The position numbers and the translations under genes are program-made. A stretch of 64,000 nt of DNA from Mobula hypostoma (taxonomy: Eukaryota), in the NCBI RefSeq assembly GCF_963921235.1, contig NC_086097.1:23376001-23440000 (forward strand). Reading direction: 5' to 3'. How positions within the stretch are numbered: position 1 is the stretch's first letter; the number at the start of each line of letters is the position of its first letter. Below are positions 37,446-48,720 of the stretch, piece after piece. The notes beneath the pieces were generated by a model that saw nothing but the letters and a program-made list of their open reading frames with translations, was not told the DNA's origin and searched no databases.

Positions 37446-38407
37446 AACCCTTTGTATAACTAATTATGGGATTAAAAGCACCGTCTGACTCGATTAGGGA
37501 AGCAAATTTTAAGAGCAACTTTCGGAAAGTAACTGGATAAATACTTGAAAGTTTGCAAGAACAGATGAATGAAAACAACTGAGTAGCTCCTTCAAAGGGA
37601 ATGATGACATGGTTTCTTTCAGTATAAATCCTTGCTGCTTTTTTTTTGCTTTGCTTACTCTTTGGTAGAGTAGTTTGGAGCTTTATGTGCATTTGCAATG
37701 AGCTGATTGTTGTTCCTTTTAATCTTCATGTATCTCAGATGTAACACCCACTCTAGAAATGCAATTAACCACCAGAGTTCCAGTGGGAGATAAGACGGTT
37801 TGAATGATGTTCAAGGTTGGAATGCAAATCCTTGATAGGTGCTCTCCACTTTTTTATTTCTTTTATTCCACTACTTATTTAAATTTAACTATTTAATAGA
37901 TATATGTATATATCATTTAATTCAGTTTTTTTCTCTATTTATTTATCATGTATTTCATTGTACCGCTGCTGTAAATTTCAACAAATTTCACCACATTAAA
38001 CCTGATTCTGATTTATTAATCTAGTTCAGTACAATTTATTGTCCACAGATTTTACTTTGTTTGTCAATTCCCTGTTCAGTGCATTGACAAACTGCCGAGG
38101 TGCTCTGGATCTGCTGCCCTCTTTAGTATACTTTGGAATTGGGTAACTGCTGAATGGTTTCAGTTATATATCAAAGGTCAAAATAAATGTATTTATCAAA
38201 TGTATTTTCTTGCGGGGATTCACAGCTTGTGTTTGTTTAGCCCATCAATCTTACTGAGGCATAGGCCACCGACAGGAGCTCCTCAGCATCCTCTGTCCTG
38301 TGCTAATCTTTCAACTTGCCTCCAGGTGTAGCCCATGTAGGCAAAGATCCTTCCTCACCCAGGGATGAGATCTTTGGAGCTTCTGTTGTTCTGGGTTTTT
38401 ATGGGAT

Positions 38408-39160
38408 AAAGGTTCAAATGTTCATTTGTCATCACAGCATGTATCCATATATAACTCTTAAGATTTGTCTTCTCCAGTTAGTCACGAAACAAAGGAAGAA
38501 CTTATTCGAGAGAAACATAAACCCACCCATAAAAAAGAAGAACAGCATCCCAAATCCCCCTCTCCACCCCACGAAACAGAACAGGAGCATTCACTCCCAA
38601 GAAACAACCCCTCCCATGTACAAAAAACTAACAGAACATCAACCCCCTAAAACACTCAGCTCGCACAACAAAATGGAAAGGGAATGGGCGATTTTTTTTT
38701 TAAACCCAGTATAAAAACCATTAGTCTGAAAATGTCCACAGACCATAGATGGAATAGTCCAATCCATTCACACAGAACCACAATACCGCCCTACGATATC
38801 ACTGATATTCATCGAAAGAGAGGGATAGCACACAAGGAAAAGAGGCCTACCCACCAGTCACAGCGAACCACCCAGCGATCAAAAGGCAAGCAGTCTGAAA
38901 CATCGGTTCACGCCCCATCTCGAAACTTCTTCGCATTGAGGCTGTCTGAGTACATGCTCGCTTCCTGGAATCTTCTCAGAGCCAGTAAAGTTCAAATCAG
39001 CGAAACGATCTTCAAACTGTAAATCACAGGCTCGAGCAGTCCCAGAGATGTATTTAAGGCGAAAAAAAGACGTAAAAGAAGTAAAAAAGCTATTTTCATT
39101 TGCTATCTGGAAGATGTCGACCGAGGGAGCATTGTACATTGGCGCCATCTTGACCGGAGG
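38408..39160 (-). mobile_element. Non-coding LINE-like element with AAGATGGCG head, nested in a probable RTE-related repeat (about 38228-39235)
   Basis: Minus 5' end CCTCCGGTCAAGATGGCGCC (CGCCATCTT at 39143-39151); 3' end GATGACAAATGAACATTTGAACCTTT; no RT ORF. Confidence 0.55.
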
Positions 39161-39730
39161 TATAGAGTTTCTAGCCCCAGACCCAATCCTTCTCCTTTTG
39201 CAGCTAGGTTTGGGACCATCCATGGTGGAGTCAGGCATTCACAATAGATCAGAGAAATACAATGGAATCAAGGAAAAGCTGCACACAAAGACTGACAGGC
39301 AACCAGTGTGCAAAAGAAGACAAATTGTACAAATCTAAATAAAATGATAATGAATAAATAATACTGAGAACAGGAGTTGTAGTGTCCTTCAAAGTGAGTC
39401 ATAAGTTGTACTCAGTAATCAGTTCAGTGATGAGTTGAGTGAAGTTGTCCAGACTGGTTCAGGAGCCTGATGTTGAACTGTACTCCTGTAATAAAGTTAA
39501 ACAGGCTTCAAAACTGAGAAGTTTTAGACTTCATATTAAATCTTAATAAGGAAGCAATGCTGCTTTGGTTTTCCTTGTTATATGGACTAATTTAGAGGTT
39601 CAGGTGAAGAGCTATTGATCTAGCATTTTAGTAGGAGCTGTTCTTGAATGAAGCATGGATCAACAATGTCAGTCCAACGTGAATACAGCTGTTACACTGG
39701 GAGCATTGAATTGGTAGATTTCCTTTCTTA

Positions 39731-39795
39731 CAGTATTTTGTAAAAGTCTTGGGCACATGTATAGTTTGGGTGGCTAAGACCTTTGCACAGTACTG
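39731..39795. mobile_element. 65-bp Tc1-type mini-MITE
   Basis: TA|CAGTATTTTGTAAAAGTCTTGGGCAC...GTGGCTAAGACCTTTGCACAGTACTG; imperfect TIRs of about 26 bp. Confidence 0.7.
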
Positions 39796-39955
39796 CAAAT
39801 GACAATGAAGCTCGCTGCCTGATGAGCTCGATGTCTTTTATGCTTGCTGTTAGGGAGTATTCTGGAGTTATGTGAATTTAACAGATATTAATTCAAACAA
39901 GGCCCAGTCTTCAGCTCTTCACAAACTATGAATTGCTAGCAGTAAATTGAAGTTA

Positions 39956-40013
39956 CAATACTGTTCAAAAGTCTTTGGTACCCCATAATACCTAAGACTT
40001 TTGCGTAGTACTG
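39956..40013. mobile_element. 58-bp Tc1-type mini-MITE (same family)
   Basis: TA|CAATACTGTTCAAAAGTCTTTGGTA...TACCTAAGACTTTTGCGTAGTACTG. Confidence 0.7.
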
Positions 40014-40247
40014 TTGTTACAGGTCTTCACTCTTGTCAGAGGATACGTGTGGTTTCAGTGAGCATATGCCACTCTGGAGGGGAAGGACCCATCAGCACTT
40101 GAAACATTTTATCTGGAAGTGAACAAATTCAAGAACTTAATTTTGTTACAGGAACCAAGATACAGTGCAAAGCTTGTCTTGCATACTGTTCTTACAGATC
40201 AGATCATTACACAGTGGAACACGGTAAAACGATAACATTGCAGAATG

Positions 40248-40460
40248 CACAAAATGCTGGAAGAACTGAGCGAGTCAGGCAGCATCTATAGAGGGAAGTA
40301 AATACTCAACATTTCATGCCGAGATCCTTCATTGAGATCTCAGCCTGAAACGTTAACTATTCACTCTCCTTTCATTGACGCTGCTTGACTTGTGGAGTTC
40401 GTCCAGCATTTTGTCTGTGTTGCTCTAGATTTCCAGCATCTGTGGAATCTCTTGTGTTTA
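40248..40460. repeat. Palindromic Penelope-like terminal repeat pair
   Basis: CACAAAATGCTGG..GTCAGGCAGCATC is mirrored by GACGCTGCTTGAC..CCAGCATTTTGT; inserted in a LINE tail. Confidence 0.7.
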
Positions 40461-41319
40461 TAACAATGCAAAATAAAGTTTAAAAGCTATAGAGGAAGTG
40501 CAGTGCAGATATTGCACCTTCTCTGATCTTCAAAATAAAGTCAAAGTACACACATATTGTCATATACAATATTGAGATTGAATATGTGTGTGTATTCAAT
40601 AAATGCGGAATAGAGTAACCTTAGTAGAATCAATGAAAAACCATACGTACTTGCACATTCAACCAGTGTGCATAAGACAATATTCCAAAGCACTTCACCG
40701 CCAAAGAAGCAGTTCAGTGGCACATTTTCTTTTTGACATTGTGGCAATTTACATACAGCAGCAGTGCTGTACCAGTTGCGATGACATGAATTTGACTAGA
40801 ACTTTAGTAATATTAGTTTAGTGATGAATATTGGCCACATAGCTGGGAAGCCCCTCTGTTAACTTTTGAATGACACAATGGGATATTTCTAAGCCCTCTT
40901 GGGCACATAGAGTACCAACCAAAGAGTGCAGCATGTTTGTTTTGATATACATGAGACAAATAAAACTCATCTACTCTTCAAAAAGAAGAAGAAAATGGCA
41001 ATTACTGTCTGGGCTGCAGAGGGCTACCAGCTGCCAATATTCAGCACATGGTGGCAGCTAGTCCTCCATAATGGTTATGCCCCTCGGGAAATAAAGAGCA
41101 TCAACAGTGTCAAAATTGCTGATTACCTGAATGTTTGCTGCCAAAAACAAAATAGAAGCAAGCTGACAGGGAGTGGTACAAATCCAGGATATCACCAATG
41201 GAAAGTGGTCCTGAGTGAGGGAGAGTGGCCAGGCCATTGCTCATCCTGTCCATGATATTACACAAAATTAATGAGCAGCCAACGCCTTCATCTGTGATGC
41301 AACACGTGCTTCAGGCTGG

Positions 41320-42430
41320 CGATTCAAATTCCTTGGAATGTGTTATACTCCATACTTACAATTCCTTGGCATTATGATTCAGAAGATCTGTTTTGGGTCC
41401 AGCATGTAAATGCCATTACAGAGAAAGCAAGGCCACATCTCTGCTTTCCTTGAAGTTTGCGAAGATTCAGCATGTCATCTAAAAATATGAAGAATTTCTA
41501 TTGCTGCACAGTGGAGAATATACTGTTGTATCACAGCCTGGTATGGAAACACCAATATCCATGAACAGAAAGGTCTTCAAAAAGTAGTGCAATCAGCCTG
41601 ATCCATCACGCGGAAAGCCCTCCAACCACAGAGCACAAATACAAGGAGCGCTGCCACAGGAAAGCAACATCCATCTTCAAGAATCCCCACCATCCAGGCC
41701 ATGCTCTCTTCCTGCTGCTGCCATCGGAAAGAAGGTATAGAAGCCTTAGGACTCGCACCATCAGGTTCAGGAATAGTTATTGCGTTCAACGATCAGGCTT
41801 TTGAACCAAAGGGGATAACTTTCCTCAATGCTGAACTATTTCCAAAATGTATGCACTCACATTCAAGGGCGTGGATAGGCTTTTTTCCATTGAGAGTGGG
41901 GGAGATTGAAACAAGAGGACATGAGTTGAGAGTTAAAGGGGAAAGTTTAGGGGTAACATGAGGGGGAACTTCTTTACTCAGGGAGTGGTAGCTGTGTGGA
42001 GAGAGCTTCCAGCAGAAAAGGTTGAGGCAGGTTCGATGTTGTCCTTTAAAGTTAAATTGGACAGCGATATGGACAGGAAAGGAATGGAGGGTTATGGGCT
42101 GAGTGCAGGTCAGTGGGACTAGGTGAGAGTAAGATTTCGGCGCAGACTAGAAAGGCCGAGATGGCCTGTTTCCATGCTGTAAGTGTTGTATGGTTATATG
42201 GCTCTTCATCTCATGTTCTTGATATCTATTCTTATTTATTATTATTATCATTATTTTTTTTGTATCTGCACAGTTTGTTTTCTGTACATTGGTGGTTTGT
42301 TCATCTTGTGTCCGGGTTTTCATTGTGTTTCTTTGTATTTACTGTGAATTACTTACAGGAGAAAGAATCTCTGTTGTGTATGGTGACATATGCTGTATGT
42401 ACTTTCATAATAAATTTACTTTGAACTTTG
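41320..42430 (+). mobile_element. Degraded Rex1/Babar 3' portion with a CR1 3' fragment inserted at about 41868-42200
   Basis: Host has FKFLG..W, FKNPHHPGHALFLLLPS and the 3' UTR. Insert has FFPLRVGEIETRGHELRVKGE and an (ATGGTTAT)-type tail. Confidence 0.7.
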
Positions 42431-42567
42431 ATCATTATTGCTTTATCTTGTTGTACCTCAAGGCACTGTGTGATAATCTGATCTGTATGAATAATATGCA
42501 AGACAAGCTTTTCACTGTATCGTGGTACATGTGACAATAATAAACCAATTCCAACTCGAGCATGCCT

Positions 42568-42890
42568 CAGGCAGCAAGGTAACGTAATGGTTAGCGTAAC
42601 ATTTTGCAGCGCCAGTGATTGGAGTTTAACTCCCGCACTGTCTGTAAGGTGTTTCGACATTCTCCCCACAACTGTGTGAGTTTCCTCCAGGTTCTCTGGT
42701 TTCCTCCTACTTTCCAAAAATATACTGATTAATAAGATTTAAGAATTGTGGACGTGCTATGTTATGCTAGATGCATAGCGATACTCGCAGGCTGTCCCAC
42801 CACAATCCACAGACTGTATTGGTCACTGACACAAAATAATGCATTTCTCTCTATGTTTCAATGTACCTCTGATAAGTAAAGTGAATCTCA
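42568..42890 (+). mobile_element. V-SINE with Rex1/L2-type tail
   Basis: GTAATGGTTAGC head, V-domain, tail ATGTTTCAATGTACCTCTGATAAGTAAAG. Confidence 0.7.
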
Positions 42891-43291
42891 AGTCAGAAGA
42901 TAGTGGTTTAACTCCAGAGATGAGTAAGAAAGAAATGCATGTATCGCATATTTTACAAACTCAGGAAATGCCAGACTACTTTATAGCCAATAAGATATTT
43001 TTATATTGTAGAATGTAGGAAGTGTGGTAGCTGATTTACTCAAAGACAGTCCCCTCTAACAACATGATGATGATTGTGTAATTTAATTTAAGTGCAAAAA
43101 GCAAACTACTGGAGAAACTGCATGGGTCAAGCAGCATCTGTCGAAGTCAAAGTAAATTTATTATTTAGTACATATACAATGCATCACCATACACTACCTT
43201 CAGATTTTTGCAGGCATTTACAGAAAAATAAAGAAATACAATTGTGTGTGTGTATATGCAGTATAAAACTAAAAATATAGATATGCTATAG

Positions 43292-43304
43292 ATATATGTG
43301 TGTA

Positions 43305-43360
<56 letters not shown>
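43292..43360. repeat. Compound (TG)n(TA)n microsatellite
   Basis: Directly visible. Confidence 0.95.
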
Positions 43361-43363
<3 letters not shown>

Positions 43364-44035
43364 ACTGTAGACTTCTTGAAAGTGAATCTGTAGATTGTGG
43401 AGTCAGAGTGGTGATGAGTGGACTTTGATCATGAATGCTTTTAAATTGTGGTAACACTCTTAATGTTAAGGAGGGATTTCTTTGTGATAGACCAGGCCGT
43501 TTTCACCCTTTTGTTAGACTTTTCCATCCCTGGACATTGGTGAAATCACAGCCTGGTATGGAAACACCAGTTAGGATACTCTTCACTTGCATCTATAGAT
43601 GTTTGTTGAAGTTAGTTTTTGGTAACTTGTCGAATCCATGTAAACTTCTTGTTTGTGTAGACTGGATGCCAGTCTATCTAAAGAAAGTCATTAAGTTGGA
43701 AAGGTGCTGAAAATTTTCACAAAGATGTTAGCAGAACTGGAGAGATTGAACCATAACAGAGGGAGATTTTTCCCGGGAGCATAGGAGGCTGAGGGATGAT
43801 CTTCTAGAGGTTTGTAAAACCATGAGGGGTATTGGTAAGGTGAATGTTCACTATCAATTTCCCAGGGTAGTTGAGTCTCAAACTAGAGGGCATTGGTCTT
43901 AAGGTGAGGGGGAAAACATTTAAAAGGAATTGGAGAGGCAACTTTTTCTGCACAGAGGATGGAGGCTATGTGGAATGAATTGCCAGTGGTGAGAACGGGT
44001 ACTTTATGACATCTTAAAAAACATCTTGTACAATA

Positions 44036-44244
44036 TGCCCATGGTCTGCTCTTTATCAAATTACAGTATTGCTTTGCACTGTTGTAACTATATGTTATAA
44101 TTATGTGGTTTTGTCAGTTTTAGTCTTGGTCTGTCCTGTGTTTCTGTGATAGCATACTGGAGGAACATTGTATCATTTTTTAATGCATGCATTTCTAAAT
44201 GACAATAAATGAGGACTGAGTGTCCTCATAATCTAATCTAATCT
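44036..44244 (+). mobile_element. 5'-truncated copy of the (CTAAT)n-tailed non-coding retroelement family
   Basis: Reverse complement of about 47896-48100. 3' hairpin ATGAGGAC-TGAGT-GTCCTCAT at 44209-44229, followed by AATCTAATCTAATCT. Confidence 0.75.
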
Positions 44245-44391
44245 TTCCATGCTGCATAACTCTCTTGTTTATAGAAACATCTCTTGTTCTTCGAAGTATT
44301 ATTGTGTGATATTTATGTACATTGTGGAGACAAACAGGGCCTCAGTCCAATAGATGGTGTCTCCAGTAATGCGGTGTTTCATCAGAATAAG

Positions 44392-44705
44392 TGTGGCAGG
44401 ATAGCGTAGTGGTTAGCATAACACTTTACAATGCCAGTGATTGGGGTTCAATTCCCACTGCTGCCTGTGTGTATGTTCTCCCCATGACTGTGTGGGTTTC
44501 CCTTGGGTGCTCCCGTTCCCTCTCACCCTCTCAAGATGTATGAGTTAGTCAGGGTTAGTAAGTTGTGGGCATGCTGTGTTGGTGCCGGAGGAATGGCGAC
44601 TCTCAGAGACTCGCCCTCGGCACATCCTCTGACTGTGCTGTCCATCGATGCAAACAGCTCATTTCACTGTATGACTGGATGTGCATGTGGCAGGTAAGGT
44701 TTATC
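44392..44705 (+). mobile_element. V-SINE with Rex1/L2-type tail
   Basis: TAGCGTAGTGGTTAGC A-box, GGGTTCAATTCC B-box, V-domain, tail CATTTCACTGTATG. Confidence 0.8.
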
Positions 44706-46099
44706 TTCGACTATTGCACAATAGTACCGGGCCTTGATTTTTGTGTTTAAAACTGTGGAGGAGAGCTTGATCGCAGAATAGCTTGAATGACACTATATGT
44801 ACCATGATTTTGATTCACGCTGTTGACCTGCTGCAGCTCGTGTGCCCATTAAGTGAGTGGCTTTTGGAAATATGTCCTTCTGGGACAGCAGTAAAGGTCC
44901 TCAAGGTCCAAACACTGGTACCTCCAAAACATTATTGCAATATTTGTTTCTAATTGATGGTAGAAAAGTGGAGGGTTATGTAAGAGGGATCGGTTAGGTA
45001 GATTTTTGAGTAGGTTAACAGGTTGGCACAACATTGTAGGTCAAAGAGCCTGTATTGTACTGTGATGTTCTATGTTCTGTTTTCTAACTTCTGTATGTTC
45101 TACTATTCAATAGGTTAATGTTCATTAAGATAGGATAACTGGGGACTAACATATTGATGAAATCATGAAGAAAGCACACTAGCAGCTTTACTTCTTTACG
45201 AGTTTGAAAAAAATTGGTATGTCACCAAAGTCGTGCAACTTTTTACAGATGTTGTACTGCCAGGGTTGCTGGAGAAGGTGGATATATTAAGGACATTTAA
45301 GAGACTTTTAAATAGGAACGTAGATGAAAGAGAAATGAAGGGCTATGTGGAAGGGAAGGGTTAGACTGATCTTGGAGTAGATTAAAAGTTGGCACAAGGG
45401 CCTGTACTGTGGTGGAATGGTTTATGTTTTAATTGCAATCAAATAATTACGGAAAACAAAGTGCTCATTAACATCAGCCAGTTGTGCAAATGTAAGGAGC
45501 AGTTATTATTCTTGAGTCGATGGTGGATCTGGCCAGTTGTTATTCTTTACGTTTTCCTGAGTTGTTTTGCCTGACCAGCATGCAGGGCACTGTCACATCC
45601 TCACTGACTGCAGCACTCCGAAAAGGAGCACCAGGGCATTGGTGAAGTGAGATACCAAATAAAAAGTGATAAATTTCAGAATTTAAGGCTCATTTTAGAA
45701 GTGATGGTGGAACAAGGTGATGAATAATTTGTGCCTCTCTTCATGGAGAAAAGTCAAGAAAGAAACGGTTGAAGAAAAAGTGCAGAATTCATTACAGTGA
45801 ATATGGGACTAAACAAATCTGTTCCAATTAAAGAACACTACAATATAGTACAAGCCGTTTGGCTCTGATGTTTTGCTGACCTTTTACTCTAAGATCAATC
45901 TAACCTTTCCCTTCCACATAGCCCTCTATTTTTCTATCATCCACGTGCCTATCTAAGAGTTTCTTAAATGCCCCTGATTTATCTGCCTCTCCCACTACTC
46001 CTGCCAGGGTGTTCCATGCACTCTCCATTCTCAGAAAAAAAACTTACTGCTGATGCTCCCTGGCGTAATCCATTTCTGCCCTGGGAAAATGGGGGAATG

Positions 46100-46285
46100 T
46101 CGACTCAGACCATGAGAGGCCTGCATGGGGCATTTTCATGCCTTACAAGGCGTAGATTGGAAGTGTGGGGCGTCACTCCTCGCACAGACACTAGAGCAAT
46201 GTGTGATTAAGTGTCTTGCTCAAGGGCACAAACACGCTGCCACTGCTGAGGCTCGAACTAGCAACCTTGAAGTAACTAGACAAAC
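46100..46285 (-). mobile_element. Partial tRNA SINE sharing the CORE-like motif with 8463-8774 but with a different 3' part
   Basis: AGAGCAATGTGTGATTAAGTGTCTTGCTCAAGG and a reverse B-box GGCTCGAACT. Confidence 0.6.
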
Positions 46286-46529
46286 GAAAAAGTCTCTGGC
46301 TATTCACCTGATCTACAGTATATCCCCTGTCATCTTGAACACCTAAGCATAATTAGTAAGATGATAAGCCAGTAAGTCCCCAGGACTTGATGACTTTCAG
46401 GCTGCCCCAGCACAACCTTAGGTTGTATTGGTTGTCAATGAAAATAACACATTTCACTGTATGTTTCAATGTACATGTGATGGACAGATAAATCTGAATC
46501 TGGCTTGCATCTTAAGGATTTGAAAGCAA

Positions 46530-48720
46530 CATCAAGCAGACAGATGATGCATTGCTTATTATTTTCCAAATTGTAAGACAGCAATTGTAACACCACTATT
46601 CAAGAAGTGAGCTAGCTATAAATAGAGGGCAGTTAACCTGCCATCAGTGGGAGAGAAAGTGGAAGAAGATGTTATTAAGGTAGAGTCAACAGGGTACCTG
46701 CAAAGTACACAGACTAGGCAGAATCACCATGGATTTGAGGATTGGAAATATTTCTTTCAAGGTTGTAATGAGTAGAGTAGATAAGCAGGAGCCAGTGCTC
46801 TATTGGAACACTCACAAAGCCTTTGATAAGTTGCCATACAAGATGTTAGTAACAGAGATTAGAATGTGTGAGATGAGGAGCATTGATTAAGGATGAACTA
46901 ATAGACAGAAAATAGAGTCATTGTTTGGATTGGGAGCCTGTACAATGTGCCAATCCAATAGAATTGATGCTGAGACCCTAGAGTTATGCACACTATATAT
47001 CGGTGGCTTGGATGAGAGGACTCTGCTTGTTGTTAATACAAAGGGTGACAATGAAAGGAGGAAGTATTCAAAGGCTCGTGGGACTATGATGGTGCAAATG
47101 AATTGGTGAGGACATTGCACTGGGATCCAGGATCAGCCACTGGTAGTAGTCACCATAAAGCAAAATATAAGGTGGTGAGAAGTGGAAAGGTGTTTTTCAA
47201 AAGGAGCAACTAATGAAGTTATTTAGGGTTGCACAGTAGCATGGCGATTAAGATAATGCTTTTACAGTGCCAGTGACCTGGGTTCAGCTCCCACCACTGT
47301 CATTAATGAGTTTATGCATTTTCTCCATGACCATGTGGGTTTCCTCCTGGTGCACTGGGTTCCTCCCACAGTCCAACCACCAAAGTGTTTGTAGCTTAAT
47401 TGATCACATGGGTGTATTTGATCTGTTACTGTGGTAGTTCTCTAAATGAAAAAAATAGAAAGTAAGTTTTGCAAGTAATAAGGCAATTGGGCAGTCAAAC
47501 GGTATCTTAGCCTTTATTGCATAAGATTGGAGTTCCAGATTCAAGAAATCTTGTTGAAATTATGTGTGTTCAGGTGACACTGTGGTATGGTGTATAGGTC
47601 TGATCTACCTATCTAAGGAAGGACAATAGTGGTAGAGTGCTGGATGATCGCCAAATGGAATCTTCAGATGACACGATAGTTTGAGAAGGACAGATAAAAC
47701 AGACTGACTCCTACAAGGATGAGAGGTAATCTCATTAAAATATTTTTTTTTAATGGACTTGACCAGGTAGGTGCAAGGATGGTATTTTCTCCTGGCAAGG
47801 TTGTATGCGTCTAGGGGCCACATGATCCGCAGTTTGTCATTCATGACTCAGTTGAGAAATATTTTCATTCAGATTATGGTGAATATTTACATTTATTAGA
47901 TTATGAGGACACGTAGTCCTCTTTTATTATCATTTAGTAATGCATGCATTAAAAAATGATACAATATTCCTCTGGTGTGATATCACAGAAACACAGGACA
48001 GACCAAGACTGGAAAAACTAACAAAAACCACATAATTAAAACATATAGTTACAACAGTGCAACAATACCATAACTTGAAGAAGAACAGGCCATGGCACAG
48101 TAAAAAAGTTCAAAGTCTCTCGAAAGTCCCACATCTCACGCAGTTGGAAGAAGGAAGAAAACTCGCCCTGCCATGCCCGACCACAGTCTGACTCTGAGTC
48201 GTCCGAAAATTTCGAGCTCCGATCAGCCCTCCAACACCGAGTACCGAGCACCATCTCTGCCGAATGCTCTGACCTCAGCCTTGGTTGCCAGCAGCAGGGA
48301 AAGCCGGGGATTTTGGGGCCTTCCGTCCGGAGATTCTCGATTGCACAGTAGCAGTGGCAACAAACCGGGCATTTCAGAAATTTCTCCAGATGTTCCTCTG
48401 TGCCGCCTTGCGTCTGTCTCCATCAAATCAGAATTGTGCACGGCATCCTACTTACATACACGATATCATTTCACCGGAGAGCTGCGCGCACTGCGTCGCG
48501 CCATCATCTTTTCCTCCCACCTCTATTCAGAACGACTGTGGAGGGTAAATCTGTCAAAATCAAGACAAACGGAGTTTTGATTATTAAGGGAGTAGACATG
48601 CAGTTAATATAGGATATGGCCAATCTTTTACATGTGGTGGCCCAGTCAAAGATTGGACATAATCTTATTCATGACTGGCATAGTTGAGTGGCCTCCAACC
48701 ATTTTTGATTGTCTCTCCTT
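46530..48720 (+). mobile_element. Very old fragmented CR1 ORF2 hosting a V-SINE (about 47225-47450) and the 47896-48523 element
   Basis: Remnants of VTPLFKK, QNHHGF, SRVDKQEPV, KAFDKLP and RMRGNLIKIF. Confidence 0.6.
47896..48523 (-). mobile_element. Full-length-looking non-coding retroelement, about 630 bp, with CpG-rich head and 3' stem-loop
   Basis: Minus 5' end GAGGAAAAGATGATGGCGCGACGCAGTGCGCGCAG; 3' end AATAAAA-GAGGAC-TACGT-GTCCTC-ATAATCTAA. Confidence 0.65.

Noticed and set aside
38316..39338. Cluster of 96-132 aa ORFs
   Set aside because: They lie in nested non-coding repeats with biased composition and show no protein motifs.
44392..44465. tRNA genes at the SINE heads
   Set aside because: A and B boxes are present, but there is no complete cloverleaf and each continues into a V-domain, so these are SINE heads.
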